Positions 13,180 to 24,798 of a DNA stretch of 64,000 nt are shown here, in pieces (position 1 is the first letter of the stretch; the number at the start of each line of letters is the position of its first letter). The position numbers were made by a program, and so were the translations under genes. The stretch spans positions 62,001-126,000 of the forward strand of contig VJWM01000117.1 of the NCBI GenBank assembly GCA_010909165.1. Reading direction: 5' to 3'. This DNA is from Anthoceros angustus. Its lineage: Eukaryota; Plantae; Anthocerotophyta. A model generated the notes under the pieces. The model made no database searches. It was not told where the DNA came from and saw only the letters and a list, made by a program, of their open reading frames with translations.

Positions 13180-13639
13180 CCGGATACAGAGCTGCGCTGT
13201 GTGTATGGAGGATGGGTATGAGAAGTTTCTAAAACAACAGATCTTCCGCTACGGAAACCAAGATGCCCTCAGGACCGGCGCGGACAGAGAAAGTAAACTA
13301 AGCGTTACATTCAAGCTGAAATCTCCACAACGCCTACACGCCGTTTTACTTTCTGCGAATTCAGAGGCTGTTCGGACTTCAGAACCGACTGAAATAACAG
13401 AAAATTGACTCCCTACCAGCCTCCTCAATAGGCGAGTGACGGGACACAACATCGAAGGAAGCACATGTAGAGGACATCTGAAGCAATGGGGGCATAGTGG
13501 TGATATCCAGGCCATACCCGGATGCACCAACTATTGAAAGCGACAACTAGTGCTAGATCAGTAAAAGCATTGTCTAGCCCCAAGAGACAACTCACAAAAC
13601 ATAAGCAAGGACATGAAACCCTGTACGGGTTTAGGGTTG

Positions 13640-14432
13640 CTACCCCGAATCAGTAGCAGTAAAACTGAGACTCCCCTGAAAGTCCTTCCTAACCTCCTCT
13701 TTCTCCTCCGGAGTGAGGTCGTCCTCGATGTTGAATGCCTTCCGAATCTCCTCAGGACTCTTGCTCTCGGTCATTTCCTTGATCATCTTCGCCAGGGTTT
13801 GGCAGGTCAAATCCAGCAAATTCTTGATGTTCAGGTAATCGGCGGCCTGCTCCACAGCACAAACACAGGTTTACAACCTCCTACAAGAAAAGCTCCTGCG
13901 GGCTCGCTCAAAGAAAGGCCTGATGAACCCTTTTTCACATGACCCAAACCAAAGCAAACAACTAATGTCCGAAACAACACAGACCAGCCAAACCATGGAA
14001 CAACAATCATGCGCACCCAATGAGACACTACAACCACAGAAGCTACGAAGGAGGAGTGTGGTGCACAATGGCCTCATTCCAACCCCCTCGCATCAACTTT
14101 AACGGAGCGAGCGCAAGTTTACTTACCCGCATGAGGTCATACAGGGTTGTCTGGTCGACCTTCATGAATTCTTGGTCCCAGTGCTTGATTCCATGGTCAG
14201 CAGCTGCCAGAGACTCCTCAGACATCTTCACTGCCCCCACATGATAACTGCAATACTCAATGACCTTCACCAAGATCTTCCTGCTCACTTTTGTGAGCGG
14301 GATAGGATTTTCAACGCCCATGTCTTCAATCAGATCCTTCAACACCTGGCTCTCCTCCGCGACAGCTTTGTCGACCACAAATATCTCGTCATGATCCCAG
14401 CTCTTCAACTTCACCCTCCTCTCCCAATACAT
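13640..14432 (-). CDS. SKP1: SKP1/ASK-like protein, copy C (exons 14432-14127 and 13846-13640)
   Basis: [30 protein letters not shown] | [42 protein letters not shown]. Intron is at the same position as in copy A. Confidence 0.9.
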
Positions 14433-14948
14433 GGCTGCGACAGCTAGACCTGCAACAAGCCACAAACCTAAGCCTCCTCTCGCCCGTACACAGCACACCG
14501 GAATTGGAGTGATGGCAGAGGGCAACTCCAACACCAGTCCCCTACACTAGAACCCTCAAGCCAAGCCAGATGACCAGAAACGGAAGAGGCACACTCAAAA
14601 CCTACCACAAACAGATCCCCGAAAGACACAAAAATCCACTACGATGTAGCTATATATATGGTCCGCACCCCCGTACGAGCTTTCGGTTTCCAAACGATAA
14701 ACGATATTGTTCTACGTCATTTTTTCACCTAATAGGTACTGAAAACATGTGTTCAAAGTACTCGGCGTGTACAAATCCTGATTGGTGTCCACTATACATA
14801 TAGCCTTTGGGTTAAATTTAACCGAGAAATTAGTATTAAACCAAAACCAAGATCACGATAACAGTTTATCGCAATACGAGCTTTATAGCTTCACACCCGT
14901 GAGAAATCGCCAGACAGTGGGACCGCCAAAGGGTTCGGAAGGCTTACC

Positions 14949-15292
14949 AGCATCATGAACTGAAGAACATTGTTGCGCTGGTCCCTTTGCCGCTGAATCA
15001 CCTGACCCAGCTCCGTGTCTTGCACTAGGGTCCCATTGCAGCAAAATTCCTGCCCCACAGATTCACATCAGACGACTTTCTCGCACAGATCTCGTGGTGA
15101 GAAAGAGGAATGCGATGGGCCTAAGAGCCCCGACCACCTTCTTGGAATCCTTAAGAATTTGTTGTAATTGAACTCTTTCCTCAAACCCCGCACAGTAGTC
15201 AGGCTCTTTCGAACATTCCGCTGCTGCACGCGGACATGCACATAGTCCATAGAACCCCACCACCTTCGACATTCGCGTCAGCGAACGGATCT
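14949..15292 (-). pseudogene. SUI1: eIF1/SUI1 unprocessed pseudogene
   Basis: DPFADAN..DYVHVRVQQRNVRKSLTTVRGLRKEFNYNK | EFCCNGTLVQDTELGQVIQ..DQRNNV. Retains an intron and has frameshifts. Confidence 0.85.
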
Positions 15293-15399
15293 GCACGAGA
15301 CGAAACAAAGTCACCCATCCGAACAACGGAACATGCAAACACCGTAGAACCTCCATAAGACTCGGACATACCGTAAGCCCCCGCGATCTGAGTGGCAGG

Positions 15400-15695
15400 C
15401 GTCCTTTGACATCTGTCAGACAACTTGCGAGCATTCACCACACCCCCACATTTAGCGTACATGTAAACCAGGCTGGTCCCAATGATCCCGTTCAACTGAA
15501 CCCCCTTTCTTGGGCCTGCGCATGTATTTCCTTTGCCTTGCAAGATAGCCCCCACGCTGCCACAGGCTTCCAAAACGCTGACAAACGTGCTGTCACTGGC
15601 ACTCCAGCACCATCCTGCTGCATGCCTGTGTAGAGGCTAAGGGCATCCTGGCCCAGCGCTTCCTGGACGTATCCTGCAATCGTAGCATTCCCCAA
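15400..15695 (-). pseudogene. PLS-PPR fragment
   Basis: NATIAGYVQEALGQDALSLY..GKEIHAQ..SLVYMYAKCG, with frameshifts. Confidence 0.8.
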
Positions 15696-15870
15696 CCAGT
15701 AAACTACCCGGGACGCAAACTACACGGGCAGCTGGTGGCAGGTGGGCTTCCACTCCGCCAGGCCCAACGCAGTCACCTTGTTCAGCTACTACAGCGGGAT
15801 CTGGAGACGTGTGAGTTCGACGACTTGAAGTGATCTCCATGTCCTTCATTTGATGAGAAGGGTTCCCGTT

Positions 15871-18800
15871 TCAGACTTGCTTAATGATATCCCCGACCAG
15901 AAAACTGTGCACCAGGCCGTCCAAGTCTGTCCACCAGCTTTGTCCCGGCTGCTTCCATGCCTTAATGCTCACTCTCATTCTCTGCATGGCCTGTGCTTGC
16001 TCCCACATTCGGGCTCTGGTGTATATGTTGGACATCAACACGTAGGCTGCTGCATCTTTCTTGTCTAGCTTCACTGCTTGGTCGAAAGCATGGCGTCCAA
16101 CCTCCACGTTGCTCCACTTTTGACAAGCCCCCAACAGAGTGTGCCAAACTGTGGTGTCAGGTGGTACGTGCATGCTCCTGACCAGGCCTTGTGCCTCGTC
16201 CAGTCGGCCTGCACGGCCCAGGAGACCCACCATGCATGCGTAGTGCTCCACTGTGGGGGCGATGCCACTGTGGCTGCTCATGCTTTCGAAGTATTCCCAC
16301 CCCTTGCTCACTAGGCCTGTATGACCGCAGACTGTTAATACACCAAGGAACGTGATGCTGTCTGGTTGTATGCCGTCCCCTCTCATTCTGCGAAGCAAGT
16401 CCAAGACCTCTTCACTGTCTCCTTGGTGGCTGTATCCTGCAATCAGTCCGTTCCAGGCGACGATGTTTCTTTCAGACAATGAATCAAACACCTGCCGTGC
16501 TTCAGCCATGCTTCCGGACTTTGCATACATGTTAATCAAACTGCCAGCAATAAATACATCAGCTCCAAATCCTTGCTGTTTGATCTGCGCATGTAGCTGC
16601 CTTCCCAAATGCAAAGCTGCCACATTTGCACATGCCTGCAGGAGGCAAACAAATGTCACAGAATCGGGCACAGCTACCCCGTCCTCTTGCATAGCACTGT
16701 AAAGGCGAAGGGCTTTGAGGCCCATTCCCTGCTGTGAATATCCTGCAATCAGAGCTGTCCATGTCACTACATCTTTTCGACCTAGACCGCCAAACACCCG
16801 CTGCGCATCATCTAGACTGCCACACTTTGAGTACATGTTCACCAAACTGTTGGCTACACTCACATCAGCTTCATGCCCTTGTTCTCGGATTTGGGTGTGG
16901 AGCTGCTTCCCCATCTCCAAAGCCAGGGCACCCACACACGCACATGCCTGCAGGAGGCACGTCAGTGTCACAGAATTTGGCACAGCTATGCCCTCTTCTT
17001 GCATGGCACTGTACAGTTGAAGGGCTTCCTTGCCCATGCCCTGCTGTGCGTATCCTGAAATGAGAGCAGTCCATGTCACCACATCTTTGTGACCAAGTCC
17101 ATCAAACACTCCCTGGGCATCCTCCAGGCTGCCGCACTTTGCATACATGTTCACCAAACTGTTGGCTACAAATACATCAGCTTGGTATCCTTGTTCTCTA
17201 ATTTGCACATGAAGCTGCTTCCCCATCTCCAAAGCTGGGGATCCCACACTTGCACATGCCTGCAGGAGGCACACGAATGTTACAGCATCAGGTGCAACGA
17301 TGCCTTCCTCTTGCATTGCACCGTAAAGACAAAGGGCTTCCTGGCCCATGCCCTGCTGGGAATATCCTGCTAGTAGAGTGGTCCAAATCATCACATCTTT
17401 TCTACCGAATTCGTCAAACACCCTCTTGGCATCTTTCAAGCTGCCACACTTTGCATACATGTTGACTAAACTATTGGCCACGAATGGATCCCCTTGAAGC
17501 CCTCGTTCCCTTATCTCCACATGAAGCTTCTCTCCACTGCCCCTTGCTGGTGGGCCCAAACTTGCACACGCCTGTAGGAGGGACACAAATGTCACAGAAT
17601 TGGGTGTCACAATGCCTTCTTCCTGCATCACCCTGTAAAGATCAAGGGCTTCCTCTCCCATACATTGCTGTGAATATGCAGCTATCATGGCACTCCACGT
17701 CACAACGTTCTTTTGCACAAGTCCGTCAAATACACCCCGAGCATCTTCTAGGTTGCCACACCTTGCATACATGCTTACCAAACTATTGGCTACAGACACG
17801 TCAGCCAGATGTCCTCCTTCTCTGATTTGAGCATGAAGATGTCTCCCCTTCTCTAATCCTGGTGTGCCCACACTTGCACATGCCTGCAGGAGGCATACAA
17901 ATGTCACTGAATTCGGTACGGCAATGCCTTCTTCCTGCATAGCACTGTAGAGCTGAAGGGCTTCCTGGCCCCTGCCCTGTTGAGAATACCCTGCAATTAG
18001 AGAAGTCCATGTCACCACATCTTTCTGACCTAATCTGCAAAACAATCTGTGGGCATCCTCTAGACTGCCACACTTCGCATACATGTTCACCAAGCTATTG
18101 GCTACAGACACATCAGCCAGATGTCCTTGTGCTCTGATTTGCTCATGGAGCTGCTTCCCCTTCTCCAGAGCAGGGTAGCCCACACTTGCACACGCCTGCA
18201 GGAGGCATACATAAGTCACAGAACTGGGTACAGCCATTCCTCCTTCCAGCATAACACTGTAGAGAAGAAGTGCTTCCTGCCCCATACCCTGCTGGGAGTA
18301 CCCGGATATCATGGTAGTCCACGTCACCAAGTCCTTCTCAACGAGTCCGTCAAACACCTTTCGAGCATCTCCCAAGCTGCCACACTTCCCATACACATCC
18401 ACCAGGCAATTACAAACAAACAAATCCCGCTCAAACCCGCTGGCCAACACATCAGCATGCAGCTCCTGAGCAGCCTTCAAATCTTCTCCCTTTGCACAAG
18501 CCTGGAGAGCTGCCACGAAAACATGGCTGTCGGGCTCCGCACCCGATCTGCGCATCCGACGATACAGCTCTACGGCGTGCCTGTGGAGTCCCCGTTTCAC
18601 ATGCGCTGAAATTATGGAAGACCACATAAAGGCATCTGGACTGACAACAACGGTGAACACATCCATCGCGTCTTGCAACCTGCCGTGAGAAGCATACAAT
18701 CGCAGAAGATGGTTGCCCAGGAACGTGTCCGACTGGTACCCCTTCTGAACCGTGAAAGCATGCACACGGCGCCCTAGAAGAAGATCCTTCTGGACAACAC

Positions 18801-19227
18801 ATCCCCTGAGCACAGTATACAGGAGAGATTTGGAAATGTGCCACCCTATTTGCACCAGAACTCCCAAAGCCTCGACAGCCTCCTTGAGCCGGCCCTCCTC
18901 ACACAGCTTGCTCACTGTTTCAGGCATCACGCCCATTCCGTATCCTCCAGACCTGGGAGGGTCAAGCTCGTATGCCACAGTGCGACGCAGGGAGCAGGAG
19001 CGAGCGGGAGCCGCAGCTCCAAGGCCAACAGTGGGACGCGCCAGGTACCATCGCAGGCCTTTCCCTCTAACTCCTCCCTGTCCGTGCCAGCACAGGCGCG
19101 TGCGGGACAGCCAGTGCCTGCCCTCCACCGGAAGACGCCGGACGCCCCGTCCCGCCCCGGAGCACATCTTCAACAGCTGAGCCTGTGACACTTGCAGCCC
19201 GTCTTTCCACCATGGATCCTCAAACAC
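15871..19227 (-). CDS. Intronless PLS-class pentatricopeptide repeat protein with E/E+ extension (organellar RNA-editing factor type)
   Basis: Repeated P-L-S triplets (DVVTWTALIAGYSQQG / PNSVTFVCLLQACA / DVSVANSLVNMYAKCG), E domain EHYACMVGLLGRAG..YVLMSNIY, and KQPGQSWWTD..VHSFLVGD followed by a stop. The exact start codon is uncertain. Confidence 0.95.
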   Translation of the reverse strand: MFEDPWWKDGLQVSQAQLLKMCSGAGRGVRRLPVEGRHWLSRTRLCWHGQGGVRGKGLRWYLARPTVGLGAAAPARSCSLRRTVAYELDPPRSGGYGMGVMPETVSKLCEEGRLKEAVEALGVLVQIGWHISKSLLYTVLRGCVVQKDLLLGRRVHAFTVQKGYQSDTFLGNHLLRLYASHGRLQDAMDVFTVVVSPDAFMWSSIISAHVKRGLHRHAVELYRRMRRSGAEPDSHVFVAALQACAKGEDLKAAQELHADVLASGFERDLFVCNCLVDVYGKCGSLGDARKVFDGLVEKDLVTWTTMISGYSQQGMGQEALLLYSVMLEGGMAVPSSVTYVCLLQACASVGYPALEKGKQLHEQIRAQGHLADVSVANSLVNMYAKCGSLEDAHRLFCRLGQKDVVTWTSLIAGYSQQGRGQEALQLYSAMQEEGIAVPNSVTFVCLLQACASVGTPGLEKGRHLHAQIREGGHLADVSVANSLVSMYARCGNLEDARGVFDGLVQKNVVTWSAMIAAYSQQCMGEEALDLYRVMQEEGIVTPNSVTFVSLLQACASLGPPARGSGEKLHVEIRERGLQGDPFVANSLVNMYAKCGSLKDAKRVFDEFGRKDVMIWTTLLAGYSQQGMGQEALCLYGAMQEEGIVAPDAVTFVCLLQACASVGSPALEMGKQLHVQIREQGYQADVFVANSLVNMYAKCGSLEDAQGVFDGLGHKDVVTWTALISGYAQQGMGKEALQLYSAMQEEGIAVPNSVTLTCLLQACACVGALALEMGKQLHTQIREQGHEADVSVANSLVNMYSKCGSLDDAQRVFGGLGRKDVVTWTALIAGYSQQGMGLKALRLYSAMQEDGVAVPDSVTFVCLLQACANVAALHLGRQLHAQIKQQGFGADVFIAGSLINMYAKSGSMAEARQVFDSLSERNIVAWNGLIAGYSHQGDSEEVLDLLRRMRGDGIQPDSITFLGVLTVCGHTGLVSKGWEYFESMSSHSGIAPTVEHYACMVGLLGRAGRLDEAQGLVRSMHVPPDTTVWHTLLGACQKWSNVEVGRHAFDQAVKLDKKDAAAYVLMSNIYTRARMWEQAQAMQRMRVSIKAWKQPGQSWWTDLDGLVHSFLVGDIIKQV

Positions 19228-19267
19228 GAGTAGAGGCTACCTTTCCGTGCGGCTCCCTGCTCTTCTC

Positions 19268-19500
19268 TTAGGCACCAGAGCTTGTACAGGCCTTCAGAAA
19301 GCACGCAGAAGTGACATGGTCAGCCACAATCAGGCCCTCCTGCTCCATTCTGCCCATACAGAACAAGTGGCCAAGCCCCTGCTGTGCATACCCAGCAATC
19401 AGGGCATTCCATGTCACACATTTCCTTGTCCCCGGGCATTCCTTCGTTACCAATGTGACTACATCTAGTCACCTTCGGTTGCCCACCATACAACATTAGC
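19268..19500 (-). pseudogene. PLS-PPR fragment
   Basis: VTWNALIAGYAQQGLG..ADHVTSACFLKAC. Confidence 0.75.
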
Positions 19501-19760
19501 ATTCTTCTTCTTCAATACAACATTCCCCACCTCAGGTTCAACGTGAATTCCAGCTACCTACAGTCCCAACATGTCGCTAAAGGATATTTTGCCTTACAAA
19601 GTAAATGCGGACCCACCACTTTGAAGTGGGGTGGAGTGGTGGACCTCTCGGCCAAACCGGGTTCCCTCCGGTTCCCGGAACCCATGCTTGTCAGCAAGTG
19701 AATGTCATAGTTCCATGTCCATGCCCATGCCCATGCTTGTCAGCAAGTCGATGTCATAGT

Positions 19761-19856
19761 TCCATGTCCATGTCCATGTCCATGTCCATGTCCATGTCCA
19801 TGTCCATGTCCATGTCCATGTCCATGTCCATGTCCATGTCCATGTCCATGTCCATG
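19761..19856. repeat. (TCCATG)16 microsatellite
   Basis: Perfect hexamer run. Confidence 0.98.
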
Positions 19857-21020
19857 CCCCTGCCCGTGCCCATGTGCCCATCCTTTGTGGCGCAGCATGG
19901 CGGCTACAAAATTGGGCTACAAAATTGGGGGGAGATGGAAAAATATGCAAACATGGTGGCAACCTGCAGGTTATGGGGAGAACGGGGATATGGAAAAAAT
20001 ATATTAAGTAATAAATGAGAATAAATACGAGAAATAACACCCCCTTAACGGGGTGGGGAAAACCACGCAGTTAGAAGCAAAAACCAGGGTAATAAATCAA
20101 CACCAAACACAGCACTAGGCCCCCAAGTAGCCCTTGCCGCTGCTCTTTATTCTCAAATCACGAGTCAACAAGAACATACAGAGCTGGAGGGCTAGAGAGA
20201 ACTCCCCATCTTTCCCTGAGCTAGGAGCTTAGCTCTCTCTTCACTTGAACTCCTCCACAAAGCTCCTTCACAAGCCTCTCTTGATTGCCCCCAAGCAACA
20301 AGTGCTCTCAAGGCATAGCCCAAGCATCAAGTGCTCTCAAGGAACAGCCCAAGCATCGAGTGCTCTCAAGGCACAACTGTTGTACCGTCCTTAGCCCAAG
20401 GGCGAGGTCTCCTTTTATACTCAAGCCCTAGCTACAATCTTAGTAACTAATTACTTCAGCTTTAAGCTATTATTTAGTACCACACTTCCTAGGGCTGCAT
20501 GCTTAACATGCTCTTAGTAAGTTGCTCTTCTAAACATGCCTCTGCATGGAGCTTTCTTGCAAAGCACTCAAGCCATCTTTGTTACTTAAGAAGTATATTT
20601 TATTCAATTCTCAATTATTGTGGTGTAGTTGGTCACTACATACTAGAGGCGGTTCAAGTATGTGCTCAACATGTGTAATCCCATTCATTTTATGTGCTCT
20701 TTTTTTTTTCTAATGAAGGGTCGATTATATTGTCATCAATAATTAAATTCCATAAGTGTAAGTTGGTCATCACATACTATAGGTTCTCGATTCGAACATG
20801 TGCTCAAGATGTGTAATCCCACTCATTTTATGTGCTCCTTTTTTTTCTAATTGAGGGTGGATCATATTGTCATCAACAATTAAATTAATCAGCTTTGGGT
20901 GTACACTAAATTCTTCAAAACTCTATTGTAACAAGATTTCATCCACAAAATGTACATATGGCTTAAAGATGTCAACCATAGCATAAATTACGAAGGATAA
21001 GCAAAACTCTCACAAAACCT

Positions 21021-21175
21021 TGAGTCCCAAACTGAGGGCGTGGAATGGAATCAATCAATCAAGGACGAAGTAGAAGACAAACTCGAAGTAGGTAGTGGCA
21101 AAACACTGCCTACTTTTGTTGACGTTAACTTCCATGATTGATTGATTCCATTCCAGGCCCTCAGTTTGGGACTCA
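21021..21175. repeat. 155-bp fold-back with ~40-bp inverted arms (MITE-like or hairpin RNA)
   Basis: tgagtcccaaactgagggcgtggaatggaatcaatcaatc pairs with gattgattgattccattccaggccctcagtttgggactca. There is also an inner stem aagtaggtagtg/cactgcctactt. Confidence 0.85.
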
Positions 21176-21655
21176 GTTTGGCTTAGTGGACACTAACTTT
21201 TCTTAACGGAAAAGATTTTTTTAGATGGAATGCGCCCTTACTTGTAATATCATACATCCTAACCAATCAAATGTATTTGTAGTTAGGTGTCCGAAAAAGA
21301 GTATGTAGCGAGGTAGGTATTTTCAAATGTGTAAACTCAAAATGCGGTTAATGCGTTACGAGCTTCCCAGTGTAGCATGAATTGACAAATCGAGCAAATC
21401 GAGGAGCAGGGAAGAAGAATAGGTCAGTAAAGTCGCTAACTAAATAATATGGTGAGAGCTAGCGTTGGGAAACCCTTGCCTCCTTACTTTGAGAGCTCGC
21501 GTCTTCCTGTACTTTGTTGCTGCGGAGGCGCTGGACGTAGGTGTTTCCCAGGCTCTTTGTGCTCCGGGTGGTGTTGCCTAAGTCCGTCTGCTGGTGCTGG
21601 GCCCTGAGAGCGAGCCAAGGGGAGTGCAGCCGGGTGGTCAGAGAGGGTTTTCACC

Positions 21656-22916
21656 ATGTCTCGCGTTTATGTGGGGAATCTGGATCCGCGGGCCACGGAG
21701 CGGGAGTTGGAGGATGAATTCCGCGTATACGGTGTGCTGCGCAGGTGAACATTCGTGTAGGTGCCGGCTTTGTTGATTACGATGGGACTCGGCGTGCCGA
21801 GGCTGAGGTCTCTCTCCCGGCTTGCTTCTCGTTTGGCTGACCCCTGCTCTCATCTGGTGGCGTCTGTGTGGATGCTGCAGCGTGTGGGTGGCTCGGAAGC
21901 CTCCGGGTTTTGCTTTTATTGAGTTTGAGGATCGGAGAGACGCCGATGACGCCATCCGAGCCTTGAATGGTATGTGCGTGAGTTTTAAGCGTTTCCGGTG
22001 TGTATAGTGTTTCCTTGGTTCTGCAGATTGGTGCGGCATGCTTTCTGGTAGGTCAAGGCTGCCTTCTTGAAGGTCTCTGTTTGTGATGAGAGTGCAATGG
22101 AAGGGGAATTTTTCTAATGCGTTCTGATCTGAGTTTCTGTGATCTAGGGTTGGAGGCAAGAGGTATGTCTTAGTGTCGTATCTGGTCTGTAATTTATTCA
22201 CGGCGTTTGTGTGGTGATTGTCAGCGGGGAAGAATGGGTGGCGTGTCGAACTGTCCCGGAGCTCTGGTGGGGGCGGAGGTCCTCGAGGGAGAGGGGGTGA
22301 CGACATGAAGTGTTACGAGTGTGGAGAGCCAGGCCATTTTGCCAGAGAATGCAGACTTCGTATTGGAGCTGGGGGCTTGGGAACTGGAGGGCGTGGGAGG
22401 AGCCGTAGTCCTCGTTATCGTCGAAGCCCAAGTTACGGTCGCAGGTGAGTTCCACAGCAACTTGGACAAGTCATTAGGGTTTTGCAACGTTGCTGAATGG
22501 TTCGCTTTTTTTTGGGTCTGTCTTGTGCTGCTGCTGCTGCAGTTGTTTAGTAGAACTAAAGGGTTGTTTCTCCATTTACACGTGTTGTATTTGGTTCATT
22601 CCAGTGGCAGCCGCAGCCCCCCTCGACGGAGTCGCTCACCTCGAAGAAGAAGTGCATCCCCTGCTCGTCGTCCTGCTGCCAGGACTCCCAGCCGGACTCC
22701 TCCTCCTCGTCGTGACCGTGATCGTCGAGTTTCACCAGTTGTCAACGGGTAAGTTGCCCTCTCTTTTGGGAAGGGTCATGTTAGGCTTGGTTGGTACGCA
22801 GTGGAAGGGAAGAGGGTTGTGCCTGTTATGTCTAGATCTCATTTACACCATGTTTTTGTTTGTGTAGGAGTCCTGTTGCTCGGGATCGGCGCCGCAGTCG
22901 GAGTCGCACTCCCTAG
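21656..22916 (+). CDS. RSZ22: RSZ-subfamily SR splicing factor (RRM + zinc knuckle + RS domain), 5 coding exons
   Basis: [61 protein letters not shown] tail and GT-AG introns. The RSZ21/RSZ22 paralogue name is not resolvable. Confidence 0.93.
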
Positions 22917-24324
22917 AGTTGCTGCATGGATATACAGTTGGGGGTGGTGTAAGATGGCTGGAAGGAAACAGATGATGGGTAAACAGTGGGAGGACACTTC
23001 AGCATTTGTACTTCATCAACTGGCTCTGGATCTGCTCCAGTTGTGTAGCGCAGTTTGAGGTGGATCCCCTGTGCTTGTTTTGTAGCAGCTGTTTGTCAAG
23101 TTACGGCCACTGCAATGAAATAGGCTGTGGACTGGATAAGGCATTGGACTCCCTCTGCATACTGTCTGCTGCCTCCTTCAGTAGAATGACTTCCTGCTGA
23201 AGCTCGGGGCTACCTGCTATTGGGATAAGTTTCTTGCCTGGCGCCTTTTCATTTCGGTGAACAATTGTTTTTTAAACATAAGTGTGCTTTAGTCTTTTGA
23301 ATTGTGAAGCAGCTTAGTAGATTTCTTTGATGTATTATCCTAGATACAAACTCACAGAGGCCTTGCCTTTGTTGCTGTTTCTGAGGTGTGGTTCTGCTTA
23401 GAACGGCACGGCTCGGCACGGCACTGCACTGCACTGCCTCCCGCCTTCTGCTTCTTCATTCATTGGTCTCCCTTAACTGCGTCGTCAATGGTTTAGCGAC
23501 GCTTGCTGCCTCCTGCGAATTGATCTTCTCATCTAGGGGGTTGTTGTAATCTGCTCTTCTGCTTCATTGTGGTCTTCCGACTGTTATTTCATCATGGTAG
23601 AGAGGTATTCTGACTGGCCTGAGCGCTTCGACCACGACAAAACTGCAGCTGTGTATCCTTTCCGCCCCAGCATCCTCATCAACTGGTCTGCCTTCTTCCT
23701 TGGCATCCAAGTTGTTTTTGCATTCTGAGACCGATGCCTCTGCTCCTTGCCCTTGAATTGCCCTTGTTGCGAGAGAGCAAGAGCTAGCTGTTTTGCAGGA
23801 CCGCCAGACTTGATTTGCAGTATGTTGGCTCATGGACCTAGGCGTCTGCCTGTGGTTTCAGTATCATTTCCGCAAGACTCGCTGCTTCCTAGGATCATGC
23901 AGGTGTGTTTCTTCCTGCAAGGCGGAACACCAGAGATAAGCAGAGAACCAGATACAGCTGACTGCATCCAAGGGGGATAAATGCCTTTGTTGGCCACTTG
24001 GTCTATGTTGCCTGTATATGAGGATGAATACAATGTAGGTCGCAATCATCAAGATTTGGTTGATGCCAAGTGTCCAGATTTCAAGCTGCGAAACGCGCAT
24101 TCCTTTTGCACAGCATCTTCCTCGACCTATGATGTTGCAAGCGCCTTTGTGTCTCTAAATTATTGATTGCTGTCCTTCCGTGCTCAAGATGGCGGTGATC
24201 CATTTGGCGGAGGCTCAAAGTTGAAAAGGTGCAGACGCCTTTCAAAGGATTTGCTTCTCGTTCGTTGAACCAAAATTTACTAGATTAGATATGGCGTTGG
24301 TAGAAGCAGGGAGTCATTCGGACA

Positions 24325-24798
24325 ATGCTCTCTACGAGCTGGGCAGTGGGAAGTTGGGCGTCGCCATGGGGGACAGGAAGCGGGCGAGTTCAGGTCCCAT
24401 TAGCGGTGACGGGCGGGCGTGCGGCTAGGGCAGGCTGGAGAAGGCAGATGCGAGCTATGGCTGGAGAGCCCGAGAGGGGTCAGGAGCGCAGGCGGCTTGT
24501 GGATGTGCTGCTCATCTTGCCCAAGCTTTACGAATCGTATTTCAAGAGTGCCAGGCGGCGGGCGCTCTTCGGGGGTCTTGCCATCTTGGGGGGCTTCTAT
24601 GTTGCTCTCAGGGTTTCCATCTCATACGGCTCCTTGCCTGTCAACGATTGGCTCGCTGCGGCTGTCTTCTATCTCTTCACCGAGCTGGTCACATGGTACA
24701 ATTACTCCCGGCCCGTCATCACCTTCCCTGTCGCCATGGTCAACAACTTCAAACTGGGCTTCACCTATGGCCTATTTGTGGGAGCCTTCAAGCTCTGA
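24325..24798 (+). CDS. Ycf20-like (DUF565) plastid protein
   Basis: Transit-peptide-like N-terminus, then GGFYVA..G.L.VND..AA and NNFKLGFTYGLFVGAFKL. Confidence 0.85.
   Translation: MLSTSWAVGSWASPWGTGSGRVQVPLAVTGGRAARAGWRRQMRAMAGEPERGQERRRLVDVLLILPKLYESYFKSARRRALFGGLAILGGFYVALRVSISYGSLPVNDWLAAAVFYLFTELVTWYNYSRPVITFPVAMVNNFKLGFTYGLFVGAFKL

Noticed and set aside
19605-20040. ORFs with (SM)n and (WT)n runs
   Set aside because: These are translations of the (TCCATG)n microsatellite.
19960-20620. Possible solo LTR with three internal cccaagca.caagtgctctcaagg repeats
   Set aside because: I could not identify TG..CA ends or a TSD.
23470-24170. Coding-like fragments between RSZ and the Ycf20-like gene (similar fragments at 8500-9230 and 58170-59130)
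   Set aside because: No recognisable motif and interrupted frames. They cannot be assigned without a search.
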